Shown one piece after another: positions 1 through 9,376 of a stretch of DNA of 64,000 bases. Positions within the stretch are counted from its first letter, which is position 1; each line of letters starts with the position of its first letter. Source of the DNA: an uncultured Actinomycetes bacterium. Lineage in GTDB: Bacteria > Actinomycetota > Thermoleophilia > Gaiellales > Gaiellaceae. Below the pieces are notes generated by a model. The model was not told the DNA's origin and ran no database searches. It saw only the letters and a list, made by a program, of their open reading frames with translations. The stretch lies in contig CAWHXK010000060.1 in the NCBI GenBank assembly GCA_963833255.1, positions 33,223-97,222 on the forward strand, in the 5' to 3' direction. The translations under genes and the position numbers were made by a program.

Positions 1-681
1 CGCTCCTACACGAACACGGCGCAGGAGTTCTTCCTCGAGCAGGGCTCGAAGTTCGAATACGTCTCGATCCAGAACCTGTCGCAGGAGACCTGGCACTTCG
101 CCACGCATCACGCGCAGGTCGGCCGCGACGCCGAGCTCGACTGGGTGGCCGGCGGCTTCGGCTCGAAGAAGGGCAAGGTTCGCATCCAGAACGACCTCGC
201 CGGCGAAGGCGCCACCTCCCGTGTAACCGGTGCGTACTTCACCGACGGTGACCAGCATCTCGACTACGACACGTTCCAGGAGCACATCGCGCCGAACACG
301 ACGTCCGACTTTGCGTTCAAGGGCGCGCTCCGCGACACGTCCACCGCCGTCTGGCGCGGAATGATCAGGGTCGAAAAGGACGCGCAGAAGACGAACGCGT
401 ACCAGGAAAACCGCAACCTCATGCTCTCGCCGACGACGCACGCCGTTCCGATCCCCGGGCTCGAGATCCTCGCGAACGACGTCCGCTGCACCCACGGCGC
501 GACGGTCAGCCGCGTCGACCGTGAAGAGCTCTTCTACGCCATGGCCCGCGGCCTCTCCCGCGGAGACGCGGAGCGGCTGATCGTGCGCGGCTTCTTCCAG
601 GACATCCTGGACCGCATCGAGTTCGAGGCCGTTCGGGATTCGCTCGCCGCGGCTCTCGAAGCCCGCATCCCTCAGGGCTAG
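1..681 (+). CDS. sufD: Fe-S cluster assembly protein SufD, C-terminal part (5' end outside window)
   Basis: Frame 1 is open from base 1 to TAG 679-681. SufB/SufD-family C-terminal sequence (GLEILANDVRCTHGATV, EELFYAMARGL). sufS and sufU follow downstream. Confidence 0.85.
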   Translation, partial: RSYTNTAQEFFLEQGSKFEYVSIQNLSQETWHFATHHAQVGRDAELDWVAGGFGSKKGKVRIQNDLAGEGATSRVTGAYFTDGDQHLDYDTFQEHIAPNTTSDFAFKGALRDTSTAVWRGMIRVEKDAQKTNAYQENRNLMLSPTTHAVPIPGLEILANDVRCTHGATVSRVDREELFYAMARGLSRGDAERLIVRGFFQDILDRIEFEAVRDSLAAALEARIPQG

Positions 682-713
682 CTTCCCGCAGCCGAGAGGC
701 GCATACTCCGGGC

Positions 714-1655
714 GTGGCTCGCGCCCCGCTCTACGCGGCGGCAGTCCTGCTCGCGACGCTCGTCGTCCAGTCGGCCGGCGCCGTCGTCAAGGGCAACGAG
801 CGCGTGCTCGTAGTGCTGGCGACCTCCGGGTCGAGGCCCTACACGGTTGCGGACGTCGAGCGCACGGCCGGGCAGGCGGCCAACTACTTCGACAAGGCGT
901 CCTTCGGGAAGGTGAAGCTGCAGATCGACGTGACGCCGTGGCTCGCGGCGTTCACCGCCAATCCCGGCTGCGGCGGCACCACGAATCGCAGCCTCGAAGG
1001 CGTCGTCGCCCCCGCGAAGGTCGCCGCCGGACGCGCGGGCTTCGACCCTGCTCACTACGACGACGTCATCTACACAATCGCCGACAGCCACTGCGGCTTC
1101 CACGGAGCGACGTGGGGTCACGAGGTGATGCTGACGCGGCAACCGAACCTCCAGCTCGTCGTCCACGAACTCGGCCACGCCTTCGGGCTGGGTCACGCGC
1201 AGGCATCGGATTGCATCACCGTCGGAGGCGTGTGTGGCATCGACGAGACGGGAGACCCGTTCAGCCCGATGGGCAGCGGCGACCTCGACTTCAGCGCCTA
1301 CGAGAAGGTGACCCTCGGGTGGATCCGCGACCAGCCGCACGTGACAGCCGCGAAGCGCTACGTCCTCGCGCCGCCGACGACCGAATCGGCGCTCGCCCAG
1401 AGCCTGATCGTCGACACGGAGCAGGGCTCGTGGTGGATCGAGTACCGCTCGCAGCCGTTCCGAGGGCTGCTCTTCCGGTTCATCGACGATCGCGTCGTCC
1501 CGTCGCCCTTCGCGGAATCGTCGGTGCTGATGCGCAAGCTGACAAAGGCGAAGCGACCCTGGCTCGCAAAGGGCGAGTCGTACAGGATTCCCGGCTCCTT
1601 CCGGGTGACCCTCATGAAGGCAGCGGCAGGTCGCGCCGAGGTCCGCTTTCGCTAG
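714..1655 (+). CDS. secreted zinc metalloprotease (HExxHxxGxxH; metzincin / M11-gametolysin-like)
   Basis: GTG start. Signal-like N-terminus AAAVLLATLVVQSAGA. Zinc motif VVHELGHAFGLGHA. The downstream DFSAYEKVTLGWI resembles M11/M6-type peptidases, but the family call is from memory only. Confidence 0.6.
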   Translation: MARAPLYAAAVLLATLVVQSAGAVVKGNERVLVVLATSGSRPYTVADVERTAGQAANYFDKASFGKVKLQIDVTPWLAAFTANPGCGGTTNRSLEGVVAPAKVAAGRAGFDPAHYDDVIYTIADSHCGFHGATWGHEVMLTRQPNLQLVVHELGHAFGLGHAQASDCITVGGVCGIDETGDPFSPMGSGDLDFSAYEKVTLGWIRDQPHVTAAKRYVLAPPTTESALAQSLIVDTEQGSWWIEYRSQPFRGLLFRFIDDRVVPSPFAESSVLMRKLTKAKRPWLAKGESYRIPGSFRVTLMKAAAGRAEVRFR

Positions 1656-1678
1656 GAACCCCCGGGTACGATGACCGG

Positions 1679-2926
1679 GTGGCCGTGACGGCGCAGACCA
1701 AGTTGAACGCGGAGAAGCTCCGCGCGGATTTCCCGATCTTCGACCAGGAGATCCGGGGCAAGCGGCTCGCCTACCTCGACTCTGCGGTGAGCTCGCACAA
1801 GCCGCGGCAAGTGCTCGACAAGCTCCGCACGTTTTACGAGACCCAGTACGCGAACGTCCATCGCGGCGTCTACACACTCTCGGAGGTGGCGACTGCCGAG
1901 TACGAAGGCGCGCGCGAGAAGGTCGCGCGCCTCGTGAACGCACCGGAGCCACGCGAGCTGATCTTCACCCACGGCGCAACCGAGAGCATCAACCTAGTCG
2001 CCTACGCCTGGGGCCTCGACAATCTCGGGCCCGGCGACGTCGTCCTCGTCACGGAGCTCGAGCATCACTCGAACTTCGTGCCCTGGCAGTACATCGCCAA
2101 GCGCACCGGAGCAGCCTTCAAGGCGATCCCGCTCGACGAGCACGGGGAGCTCAAGCTCGACTCGCTCGAGGAGCTCGCGCGCACGGGGAACATCAAAGTG
2201 GTCGCCAACAACCTCGTGTCGAACGCACTGGGAACGATCAACCCGGTCGAGCGACTGACCGCCTGGGCCCACGAGCAAGGCGCGATCATGGTCGTCGACG
2301 CCGCGCAGGCCGCGCCGCACCACGAGATCGACGTCCAGCAGCTCGACTGTGACTTCCTCGCCTTTTCGTCACACAAGATGTGCGGCCCGACGAGCGTCGG
2401 CGCTCTCTGGGGGCGCGCCGAGCTGCTCGAGTCGATGGCGCCGTTCAACCTCGGCGGCCACATGATCCGGTCGGTGAAGCTCGAGGAGACGACCTGGGGC
2501 CAGCTGCCGTACAAGTTCGAGGCCGGCACGCAACCGATCGCGGAAGCAGTCGGCTTCGGCGCAGCGGTGGACTACGTCACGGACGTCGGCATCGCCGCGA
2601 TCGAGCAGCACGAGCGCGAGCTGCTCGTCTATGCGCTCGAGCGCCTCGCGGACGTGCCCGGCTTCGTCGGCTACGGCCCCCCGCCGGACCGCCGCGCCGG
2701 GATCATCTCGTTCAACATCGAGGGCATCCACCCACATGACGTCGCGCAGGTCCTCGACATGGAAGGCGTCGCGATCCGCGCCGGCCATCACTGCTGCCAG
2801 CCGTTGATGGCGAAGCTGGGCGTCGCGGCGACGAACCGGGCGAGCTTCTATCTCTACACGATCCGCGAGGAGATCGACCGCCTCGTCGAAGGGCTCCAAA
2901 AGACCCATAAGCTTCTTGGACCGTGA
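1679..2926 (+). CDS. sufS: cysteine desulfurase SufS
   Basis: Class-V PLP enzyme with FSSHKMCGPTS lysine motif and RAGHHCCQP catalytic Cys loop. Start GTG 1679 (or 1685), chosen inside a longer ORF-track ORF whose N-terminal part is Arg/Pro-rich noise. Confidence 0.9.
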   Translation: MAVTAQTKLNAEKLRADFPIFDQEIRGKRLAYLDSAVSSHKPRQVLDKLRTFYETQYANVHRGVYTLSEVATAEYEGAREKVARLVNAPEPRELIFTHGATESINLVAYAWGLDNLGPGDVVLVTELEHHSNFVPWQYIAKRTGAAFKAIPLDEHGELKLDSLEELARTGNIKVVANNLVSNALGTINPVERLTAWAHEQGAIMVVDAAQAAPHHEIDVQQLDCDFLAFSSHKMCGPTSVGALWGRAELLESMAPFNLGGHMIRSVKLEETTWGQLPYKFEAGTQPIAEAVGFGAAVDYVTDVGIAAIEQHERELLVYALERLADVPGFVGYGPPPDRRAGIISFNIEGIHPHDVAQVLDMEGVAIRAGHHCCQPLMAKLGVAATNRASFYLYTIREEIDRLVEGLQKTHKLLGP

Positions 2927-2984
2927 AAAGTGCTGCGCACTTTCCACGGGTAATGGGAAAGACCTTCGCTACGCTCGGTGAAGC

Positions 2985-3422
2985 ATGAGTGAATTCGACC
3001 AGATGTACCGAGAAGTGATCCTCGATCACTACAAGAACCCGCGCGGGCACGGCGAGCTCGAGGGAGCCGACGCGCACGCCGAGGGTCAGAACCCGCTTTG
3101 CGGCGACGAGGTCTCCATCTTCGTGGTCTTCGGCGAGGACGGCGACACGATCGACGAGGTGAAGTTCTCGGGCCGGGGCTGCGCGATCTCGCAGGCTGCG
3201 ACGTCGATGCTGATGGAGATGGTCCAGGGCCGGAGCGCGACGGCCGTGGCCACGCTTCCGCGTGAGGAGCTGCTCGACGAGATCGGAATCCCCCTGACGC
3301 CCGTCCGGCTCAAGTGCGCGCTGCTCGGGCTGTCAACGCTGAAGCTTGCTCTGCACAAGGCCAAAGGCACACCGCTCCCGGAGGAGTGGGCCGGGGCCTC
3401 CAGCGACCTCGACCTCAAGTAG
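2985..3422 (+). CDS. sufU: SUF system Fe-S scaffold / sulfur acceptor SufU
   Basis: IscU/SufU motifs NPLCGDE, GRGCAIS and LKCALLG. Lies directly after sufS. Confidence 0.9.
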   Translation: MSEFDQMYREVILDHYKNPRGHGELEGADAHAEGQNPLCGDEVSIFVVFGEDGDTIDEVKFSGRGCAISQAATSMLMEMVQGRSATAVATLPREELLDEIGIPLTPVRLKCALLGLSTLKLALHKAKGTPLPEEWAGASSDLDLK

Positions 3423-3425
3423 CGG

Positions 3426-3740
3426 GTGGCCGAGCTCGACGTCTGCCCGGTCGAGGAGCTTCCACCCTGCTCGGTCAAGATCGTCTACGCCGGCGTGATC
3501 GCCGTCGGCGTCTACAACCTGAACGGCGAGTACTACGCACTCGAGGACCGCTGCTCGCACGACGACGGTCCCCTGTGCGAGGGCGACTTCGACTGCGACG
3601 ACGGCGTCGCGATCTGCCCTCGACACGGCGCGAACATCGAGATCCGCACGGGGCGCGCCCTGACCCTGCCTGCGGTGGAGCCGGTCGCGACGTTCCCCGT
3701 CCGGGTCGACGACGGGATGATCAAGGTCAAGCTTGTCTGA
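3426..3740 (+). CDS. Rieske [2Fe-2S] ferredoxin
   Basis: Rieske ligand motifs CSHDDGPL and CPRHGANI. GTG start lies 4 nt after the sufU stop. Confidence 0.8.
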   Translation: MAELDVCPVEELPPCSVKIVYAGVIAVGVYNLNGEYYALEDRCSHDDGPLCEGDFDCDDGVAICPRHGANIEIRTGRALTLPAVEPVATFPVRVDDGMIKVKLV

Positions 3741-4317
3741 GCCGACGCGTTGCTGGACGTCGAGCGACCCGCTGTACAACGCGTACCACGACGAGGAATG
3801 GGGCCGGCCCGTCACCGACGAACGGGGACTGCTCGAACGCTTCTGCCTCGAAGGCTTTCAGTCCGGGTTGTCCTGGCTGACGATCCTTCGGAAGCGGGAG
3901 AATTTCCGGGCGGCGTTCGCCGACTTCGAGCCCGAGCGCGTCGCGCGCTTCGGCAAGCGCGACGTCGAACGGCTGCTGAAGGATGCAGGCATCGTGCGCC
4001 ACCGCGGCAAGATCGAGGCGGCGATAGCCAACGCCCGCGGGACGCTCGCTCTCCGTGAAGCGGGAACGTCACTCGAGGAAGTCGTCTGGGCCCATCGCGC
4101 GAAAGCGAAACGTCCTCCTAACACCTTGCGGGACCTTCCGGCGACGACCCCCGAGTCGGTCGCGCTCTCCAAGCAGCTGAAGCGAAACGGATTCCGCTTC
4201 GTGGGCCCCACGACGGTGTACGCGGCGATGCAGGCCTGCGGCGTCGTCAACGACCACATCGCCGCCTGCCACGTGCGCGCCGCCGTTCAGCGGGACATCG
4301 AGACCAGCGTCGGCTGA
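3733..4317 (+). CDS. tag: DNA-3-methyladenine glycosylase I
   Basis: Tag signature RCWTSSDPLYNAYHDEEWGRP and GFQSGLSWLTILRKRENF. TTG start overlaps the Rieske gene stop. Confidence 0.85.
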   Translation: MSEPTRCWTSSDPLYNAYHDEEWGRPVTDERGLLERFCLEGFQSGLSWLTILRKRENFRAAFADFEPERVARFGKRDVERLLKDAGIVRHRGKIEAAIANARGTLALREAGTSLEEVVWAHRAKAKRPPNTLRDLPATTPESVALSKQLKRNGFRFVGPTTVYAAMQACGVVNDHIAACHVRAAVQRDIETSVG

Positions 4318-4910
4318 TGGTCGACGAGCGCGTGCAGAGCGTCCTGCAGCGACTGGAGGCCGAGGACGCGGCCGAACGCCAGCGCGGCCTGCCGGCGGCC
4401 GAGCGCTCGCGAGCCATAGCACGGACGACCGGGCAGTTCCTCTTCGCACTCGTCGCCCCGCAATGGGATTGCGAGGTGCTCGAGGTCGGCGGCTCGCGCG
4501 GCTACTCGACAATCTGGCTCGCGGCGGGCGTGCGGTCTCTCGGCGGACGCGTGCTCTCGCTCGAGCACGACCCGGCCAAGGCCGAAGCCTGGCGGGCGAA
4601 CATCGCGGAGGCGGGTCTCGAGGAGTGGGCCGAGCTGATCGAGGGCGACGCTGCCGAGACGATTCCCGGGATCGAGGACGTTTTCGACGTCGTCTTCCTG
4701 GACGCCGAGAAGGAGGACTACGAGCAGCTTTTCCAGGCGGCCCGCGAGAAGCTCGAGCCGGGCGCGCTGGTCGTCGCCGACAACGTCCTCTCACACGAGG
4801 AGACCCTCGGCTCGTACTCGCAAGCCCGCCAGAACGACCCCTCGCTGGAGTCGGTGACGGTGCCGCTCGACCGGGGCCTGGAGCTCTCCGTGATCCTCCG
4901 CGCCGCCTGA
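4317..4910 (+). CDS. class I SAM-dependent O-methyltransferase (family 3)
   Basis: SAM-binding EVLEVGGSRGYSTIWLA, VFLDAEKEDY and LVVADNVL motifs. ATG overlaps the tag stop (TGATG). Confidence 0.75.
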   Translation: MVDERVQSVLQRLEAEDAAERQRGLPAAERSRAIARTTGQFLFALVAPQWDCEVLEVGGSRGYSTIWLAAGVRSLGGRVLSLEHDPAKAEAWRANIAEAGLEEWAELIEGDAAETIPGIEDVFDVVFLDAEKEDYEQLFQAAREKLEPGALVVADNVLSHEETLGSYSQARQNDPSLESVTVPLDRGLELSVILRAA

Positions 4911-4920
4911 TACATTTGCG

Positions 4921-5120
4921 CTAACCGCGGAAAGGAGGTGGTCCGAGAGTGGAGATTTCCAGTACGGGCAGTGGAGGTACCAGCGGGTAGAGGTGTGTCC
5001 CCGGACCTACGGGGAATCGCCTAGCCAGCGTGGGGGACGACGCGTTACGCGCCGCCCGGCCATGTAACTCTCGGGCCGAGGCAGGAAGCGCCTCTACTAA
5101 TCCACCGCTGGTAACCGGAT
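4921..5120 (+). ncRNA. candidate structured leader/sRNA (unassigned family) with a perfect SD and a 13-codon mini-ORF
   Basis: SD AAAGGAGGTG at 4931-4940. GTG 4949 opens MEISSTGSGGTSG, ending at TAG 4988-4990. Long-range helix 4976-4995 / 5089-5116 encloses about 90 nt with hairpin 4998-5003/5010-5015. No ORF of 60 aa or more. Confidence 0.3.
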
Positions 5121-5156
5121 CGGGGGCCGCATAACGCGGCCCCCTTTCTTTTCCGG
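5121..5156 (+). terminator. intrinsic terminator
   Basis: 9-bp all-G/C stem GGGGGCCGC / GCGGCCCCC (5122-5130 / 5136-5144) with a 5-nt loop, followed by TTTCTTTTCC. Sits between convergent genes. The T-tract is on the + strand only. Confidence 0.7.
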
Positions 5157-5244
5157 TTTTCGTCGCTACGTAGTGCGCCGTGTGCCGGCGGAGCGATCCC
5201 AGCCCATGCCGCGCGCGAGGGTCAGACGGCAGTGAACCGCTTGG

Positions 5245-6132
5245 TCAAGCGGCTCGCCGGAGCTGATCGTCGAGCGGGAGGAGCGGCAGCGCGAAGGTCC
5301 GCACCGCCTCGTCGCCGGAGACCACGTTGTCTCCGTGCTCGAGCATCTTGAGGAGGTCTCGTGTGAGCGGGATGTCTCCCGGCAGCCGCTCGGTCAGGAG
5401 CGCGTTGATCCTCATCAGCCCGACAGGGACGTGGACGCTCGGGCGCCTCAGGCCGAGCACGCGCTTCAGCCGCTCCCAGAACTCGTTCCAGGTGACGGCG
5501 TCGGGCCCGCCAAGCTCGAACAGCCTTCCCGTGACGTCTTCTTTCTGCGTGCCGTCCGTGAAGGTCCTGGCCAGGTCGTCGGCCCAGATCGGCTGGATCC
5601 GCTGGCGACCACCGCCGATGATCGGCGTCACCGGCGCGAGCTTCGCGAGCTTGACGAAGGTGGGCAGGATCCCGCCGTCGGGACCGAAGACGAAGCTCGG
5701 CCGGAAGATCACGAACGGGATTCCCGAGCTTCGGACCTGCTGCTCGTTCTCCCACTTCGCCCAGTAGTAGGGCACGAGCTCCCTGGTCTCCTCGCTCGTA
5801 CCGAGGGCGCTCATGTGGACGAACCGGCGGACGCCGGCGTCGCGCGCAGCCGAGAGCAGGTCGCGCGTGCCGTCGACCATGATCCGCTGGAAGTTCTCAC
5901 GCGGGCCCTGCCGGATCGCAACGAGATGGACGATCGTGTCGACCCCCGCGACTGCGCGGCGCAGGCTGCCTGCATCCGTGACGTCGCCCTCGGCGAGCTC
6001 GCAGCCCCAGCCGGCCAGCTTCGTGGCCTTACGCGGATCCCGGACGAGGCAGCGCACGGGCAGGTCGCGGCCGCGCAGCTCGTGGACGACGTGGCCACCC
6101 ACGAAGCCGGTGCCCCCCGAGACGAGGATCAA
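5245..6132 (-). CDS. NAD(P)H-binding NmrA / complex I NDUFA9-like epimerase-dehydratase family protein
   Basis: Rossmann motif [14 protein letters not shown] at the N-terminus. TTG 6132 overlaps the dcd stop (TTGA). The alternative GTG 6171 would add 13 aa. Confidence 0.75.
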   Translation of the reverse strand: MILVSGGTGFVGGHVVHELRGRDLPVRCLVRDPRKATKLAGWGCELAEGDVTDAGSLRRAVAGVDTIVHLVAIRQGPRENFQRIMVDGTRDLLSAARDAGVRRFVHMSALGTSEETRELVPYYWAKWENEQQVRSSGIPFVIFRPSFVFGPDGGILPTFVKLAKLAPVTPIIGGGRQRIQPIWADDLARTFTDGTQKEDVTGRLFELGGPDAVTWNEFWERLKRVLGLRRPSVHVPVGLMRINALLTERLPGDIPLTRDLLKMLEHGDNVVSGDEAVRTFALPLLPLDDQLRRAA

Positions 6133-6707
6133 CCGGCTGTTTCCTTCTGGAAATTCTGCCAGTATTTCGACGGGGTCGGGCCGCGCTGTCCCTGGTACTT
6201 CGAGCCGATCCCCCCGGTCCCGTACGGCGTCTCGGCCGCCTCCGTCAGCTGGACGAACGAGATCTGGCCGATCTTCATCTCCGGGTAGATCGTGACCGGC
6301 AGGTTCGCGACGTTCGAAAGCTCGAGCGTCACGTGCCCGTCCCAGCCCGGGTCGATGAAGCCGGCCGTCGAGTGGATCAGGAGGCCGAGCCGGCCGAGGG
6401 AGCTCTTCCCTTCGAGTCTCGCGACGAGATCGTCCGGGAGCCGGATGCGCTCCAGCGTGGAGCCAAGAACGAACTCGCCCGGATGGAGGATGAACGGCGT
6501 TCCGTTCTCGACCTCGACGAGCTCGGTCAGGTCGTCCTGCGGCTCGCGAACATCGATATAGGGGTAGCGGTTGTTGTGGAAAACCCGGAAATAGCGGTCG
6601 ACCCGGACGTCCACGCTCGACGGCTGGAGCAGGGAATCGTCGTAAGGATCGATCTCGATGCGGCCTTCCTCCAGGCAACGCGCGATCGTCCGATCTGAGA
6701 GGACCAT
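6129..6707 (-). CDS. dcd: dCTP deaminase
   Basis: Full-length Dcd-like sequence ([37 protein letters not shown]). Confidence 0.9.
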   Translation of the reverse strand: MVLSDRTIARCLEEGRIEIDPYDDSLLQPSSVDVRVDRYFRVFHNNRYPYIDVREPQDDLTELVEVENGTPFILHPGEFVLGSTLERIRLPDDLVARLEGKSSLGRLGLLIHSTAGFIDPGWDGHVTLELSNVANLPVTIYPEMKIGQISFVQLTEAAETPYGTGGIGSKYQGQRGPTPSKYWQNFQKETAG

Positions 6708-6752
6708 GGGGCCGATTCTACGGCCGACCGGCCTCTGTTAGTTTTCCACACC

Positions 6753-7955
6753 TTGCCGACCCGGTATGTCCTCCAGCCTGTCGATCCGAATTCGCGCCGC
6801 AAGCTTCGGCGGGCCGAAGCGCAGAGGCGACGCCACCGGCGGCGGCTGATCGCAGTCGGTGCGCTCCTGGCGCTGATCGCCTCCGGCGTCGTCGGCGCGG
6901 TGATCGCGACGCACATCCACGGGCACAAGACGGTCCGCGCCGCCGCGAGAGGGCCGCAGGCACCGGAGCCGCAGGTGCTCCAACCGCGACCGCTGCCTCA
7001 AGAGGTGCGCGGCGTCCACGTGACGATGCCCCTCGCCGGGCTCACCGGCAAGATCGACGATTACATCGCGATGAAGTCGGCGGGCCTCAACGCGATCGAG
7101 CTCGACGTCAAGGACGAGAACGGCGAGGTCGGGTTCCCGGTCAAGGTGCCGCTCGCGAAGAAGGTCGGCTCCGCGAGGCCCTACTACGACGCTCAGCGCG
7201 TCGTCGCCAAGATCCACGCCGCGGGCCTCTATCTGATCGGGCGTGTGGTCACCTTCGAGGATCCCGTCCTCTCGGCGGGCGCACCCCAGTTGGCGATCCG
7301 CCGCGCAGACGGCTCGCGTTGGGTGAACAGCGCCGGGCTCGGGTGGACGAACCCCTACGACAAGCGAGTCTGGAAGTACAACGTCGACATCGCCGCCCAG
7401 GCGGCGAAGCTCGGCTTCGACGAGATCCAGTTCGACTACGTGCGCTTCCCGAGCGACGGCGACCTCTCTCAGATCCGCTACCCGGGCGTGCACGCGCAAC
7501 CGATGGGCTGGACGATTCCGATGTTCGCCAAATACGCGAGCTCGCGGCTCAAGCCGCTCGGTGTCCGGGTCTCGGTCGACGTCTTCGGGCTGTCCGCAAC
7601 GAGGAACCTCGGCATCGGTCAGTTCCCACGCCGGATCTCTCCCTACGTCGACGCGATCTACCCGATGGTCTATCCGTCCCACTACGTGTCCGGCGAGTAC
7701 AACATCGTCGACCCGGATTCACGGCCCGGCACGACTGTGGCCTACTCGCTCCGAGACTTTCGCACTGCAGTGCGCGGCCGCAAGACGAAGCTGATTCCCT
7801 GGCTCCAGGACTTCTCGCTCCGCCGGACCTACACGCTCTCCGACGTCCAGGACCAGATCCAGGCAGCCCGGCTGGAGCACGCGAAGGGCTTCATGCTCTG
7901 GAACGCAGAAGGCGTCTACACAGTCAAGGCGCTCCACACGCCGGCCTTCCGTTAG
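6753..7955 (+). CDS. membrane-anchored putative glycoside hydrolase (DUF4015 family)
   Basis: Basic N-terminus plus one TM helix. The core NAIELDVKDENGEV ... GFDEIQFDYVRFP ... IYPMVYPSHY matches my memory of the DUF4015/GHL pattern. TTG start. Confidence 0.7.
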   Translation: MPTRYVLQPVDPNSRRKLRRAEAQRRRHRRRLIAVGALLALIASGVVGAVIATHIHGHKTVRAAARGPQAPEPQVLQPRPLPQEVRGVHVTMPLAGLTGKIDDYIAMKSAGLNAIELDVKDENGEVGFPVKVPLAKKVGSARPYYDAQRVVAKIHAAGLYLIGRVVTFEDPVLSAGAPQLAIRRADGSRWVNSAGLGWTNPYDKRVWKYNVDIAAQAAKLGFDEIQFDYVRFPSDGDLSQIRYPGVHAQPMGWTIPMFAKYASSRLKPLGVRVSVDVFGLSATRNLGIGQFPRRISPYVDAIYPMVYPSHYVSGEYNIVDPDSRPGTTVAYSLRDFRTAVRGRKTKLIPWLQDFSLRRTYTLSDVQDQIQAARLEHAKGFMLWNAEGVYTVKALHTPAFR

Positions 7956-8018
7956 GCGTCTGAAACCTTTCTATACAGCTATGCAAGGCGGCCGCCTGCT
8001 GCGCTATCGTCAGCTTTG

Positions 8019-9341
8019 ATGGCGGCGACCAAGGCAATCGAGCTCCACACCAAGATCCCCGGCCCACGCTCGCAGGAGATCCTCGAGCGAAAGGACCGCG
8101 TGATCGCCGACCCCCTCTCGATCTACTTGCCGGTCGTGATCGAGCGCGGCGAGGGCGCAACGCTCACGGACGTCGACGGCAATACGTTCATCGACTTCAC
8201 AGGCGGCGTGGGCTGCCTCAACGTCGGGCATGCTCATCCGCAGGTCGTCGAGGCGGTGCAGGAGCAGGCGGCGAAGTTCTTCCACACGGACTTCACGATC
8301 GTGCCCTACGAGCTGTACGTGACGCTCTCCGAGCGGCTCGTCGCCACCGCCCCGATCTCCGGGCCGGTGAAGGCGGCGTTCTTCAACGCCGGAACAGAGG
8401 CGGTCGAGAACGCAGTCAAGTTCGCGCGCGCCTACACGAAGCGGCCCGCGGTGATCGGCTTCGAGGGAGGCTTCCACGGCCGCACGCTGCTGTCGCTGAC
8501 GCTCACCTCGAAGACGCATCCGTACAAGGCGGGTCTCGGGCCCTTCGCGCCGGAGGTCTACCGCCTTCCGTTCGCCCAGGACTACCGCGGACCGAGCGCC
8601 GCCGACGCGCTCGCTGCGCTCGAACGAGCCCTGATCACGACCGTCCCGGCCGAGAGTGTCGCGGCGATCGTGATCGAGCCCGTCCAGGGCGAAGGCGGCT
8701 TCGTCGTCGCACCGCCGGAGTTCCTCGAAGGCGTGCGCCGCATCTGCGACGACAACGGCATCGTGCTCGTCGTCGACGAGGTGCAGACGGGGTACGGCAG
8801 AACAGGAGAGATGTGGGGGATCGAGCACTACGAGGTGGAGCCCGACCTGATCACCGTCGCGAAGTCGATCGCAGCCGGCCTCCCACTCTCCGCCGTGATC
8901 GGCAGAGCCGAGATCATGGACGCTCCGGGCGACTCGGCGATCGGAGGCACGTACGTCGGGAATCCCGTCGCCCAGGCAGCCGCTCTCGCCGTCCTCGACG
9001 TCTTCGAAGAGCAGAGCCTCGTGGAACGAGCCGGCCAGATCGGCGACACCATCCGGGGTCGCATGCAAACGTGGCAGCAGCGCTGGGATGCGATCGGCGA
9101 CGTCCGCGGCCTGGGAGCGATGCTTGCAATCGAGCTCGTCCACGACCGCGACACGAAGGACCCGGCACCCGAGCTGGCGACGAAGGTCGTCGAGGCTGCC
9201 TCCGAGCGGGGCCTGCTGCTGCTCAAGTCCGGGATCTACTCGAACTGCATCCGGGTGCTCGTACCGCTCGTCATCTCCGACGCCGAGCTGGACGAGGCGC
9301 TCGGCGCCTGGGAAGACGCCCTCGGGACGGCGCTTCGGTAG
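8019..9341 (+). CDS. gabT: 4-aminobutyrate aminotransferase (class III PLP aminotransferase)
   Basis: Typical GabT sequence (GGVGCLNVGHAHP, VVDEVQTGYGRTGEMW, TVAKSIAAGLPLSAV). ATG 8019 lies immediately after an in-frame TTG 8016. Confidence 0.85.
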   Translation: MAATKAIELHTKIPGPRSQEILERKDRVIADPLSIYLPVVIERGEGATLTDVDGNTFIDFTGGVGCLNVGHAHPQVVEAVQEQAAKFFHTDFTIVPYELYVTLSERLVATAPISGPVKAAFFNAGTEAVENAVKFARAYTKRPAVIGFEGGFHGRTLLSLTLTSKTHPYKAGLGPFAPEVYRLPFAQDYRGPSAADALAALERALITTVPAESVAAIVIEPVQGEGGFVVAPPEFLEGVRRICDDNGIVLVVDEVQTGYGRTGEMWGIEHYEVEPDLITVAKSIAAGLPLSAVIGRAEIMDAPGDSAIGGTYVGNPVAQAAALAVLDVFEEQSLVERAGQIGDTIRGRMQTWQQRWDAIGDVRGLGAMLAIELVHDRDTKDPAPELATKVVEAASERGLLLLKSGIYSNCIRVLVPLVISDAELDEALGAWEDALGTALR

Positions 9342-9376
9342 TCAGGTTCGGAGGCCTCGGCGCCGATAAGGGCGCT

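Noticed and set aside
678-1952. 424-aa minus-strand ORF overlapping the metalloprotease and sufS
   Set aside because: Arg/Pro/Gly-rich antisense shadow ORF typical of very G+C-rich DNA. The plus-strand genes have clear motifs.
4931-4941. The minus strand reads CACCTCCTTTC, resembling the 3' end of 16S rRNA
   Set aside because: No other rRNA sequence surrounds it. It is simply the complement of the plus-strand Shine-Dalgarno AAAGGAGGTG.
4921-5156. Possible SRP RNA, 6S RNA, tmRNA, RNase P RNA or ydaO/cobalamin/SAM/TPP riboswitch
   Set aside because: I could not find the diagnostic motifs (GGUCCGGAAGGAAGCAGC, GAGGAAAGUCCGG, GCCACUG, CUGAGA and others). The ydaO-like words are in the wrong order. 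The region is kept only as an unassigned candidate.
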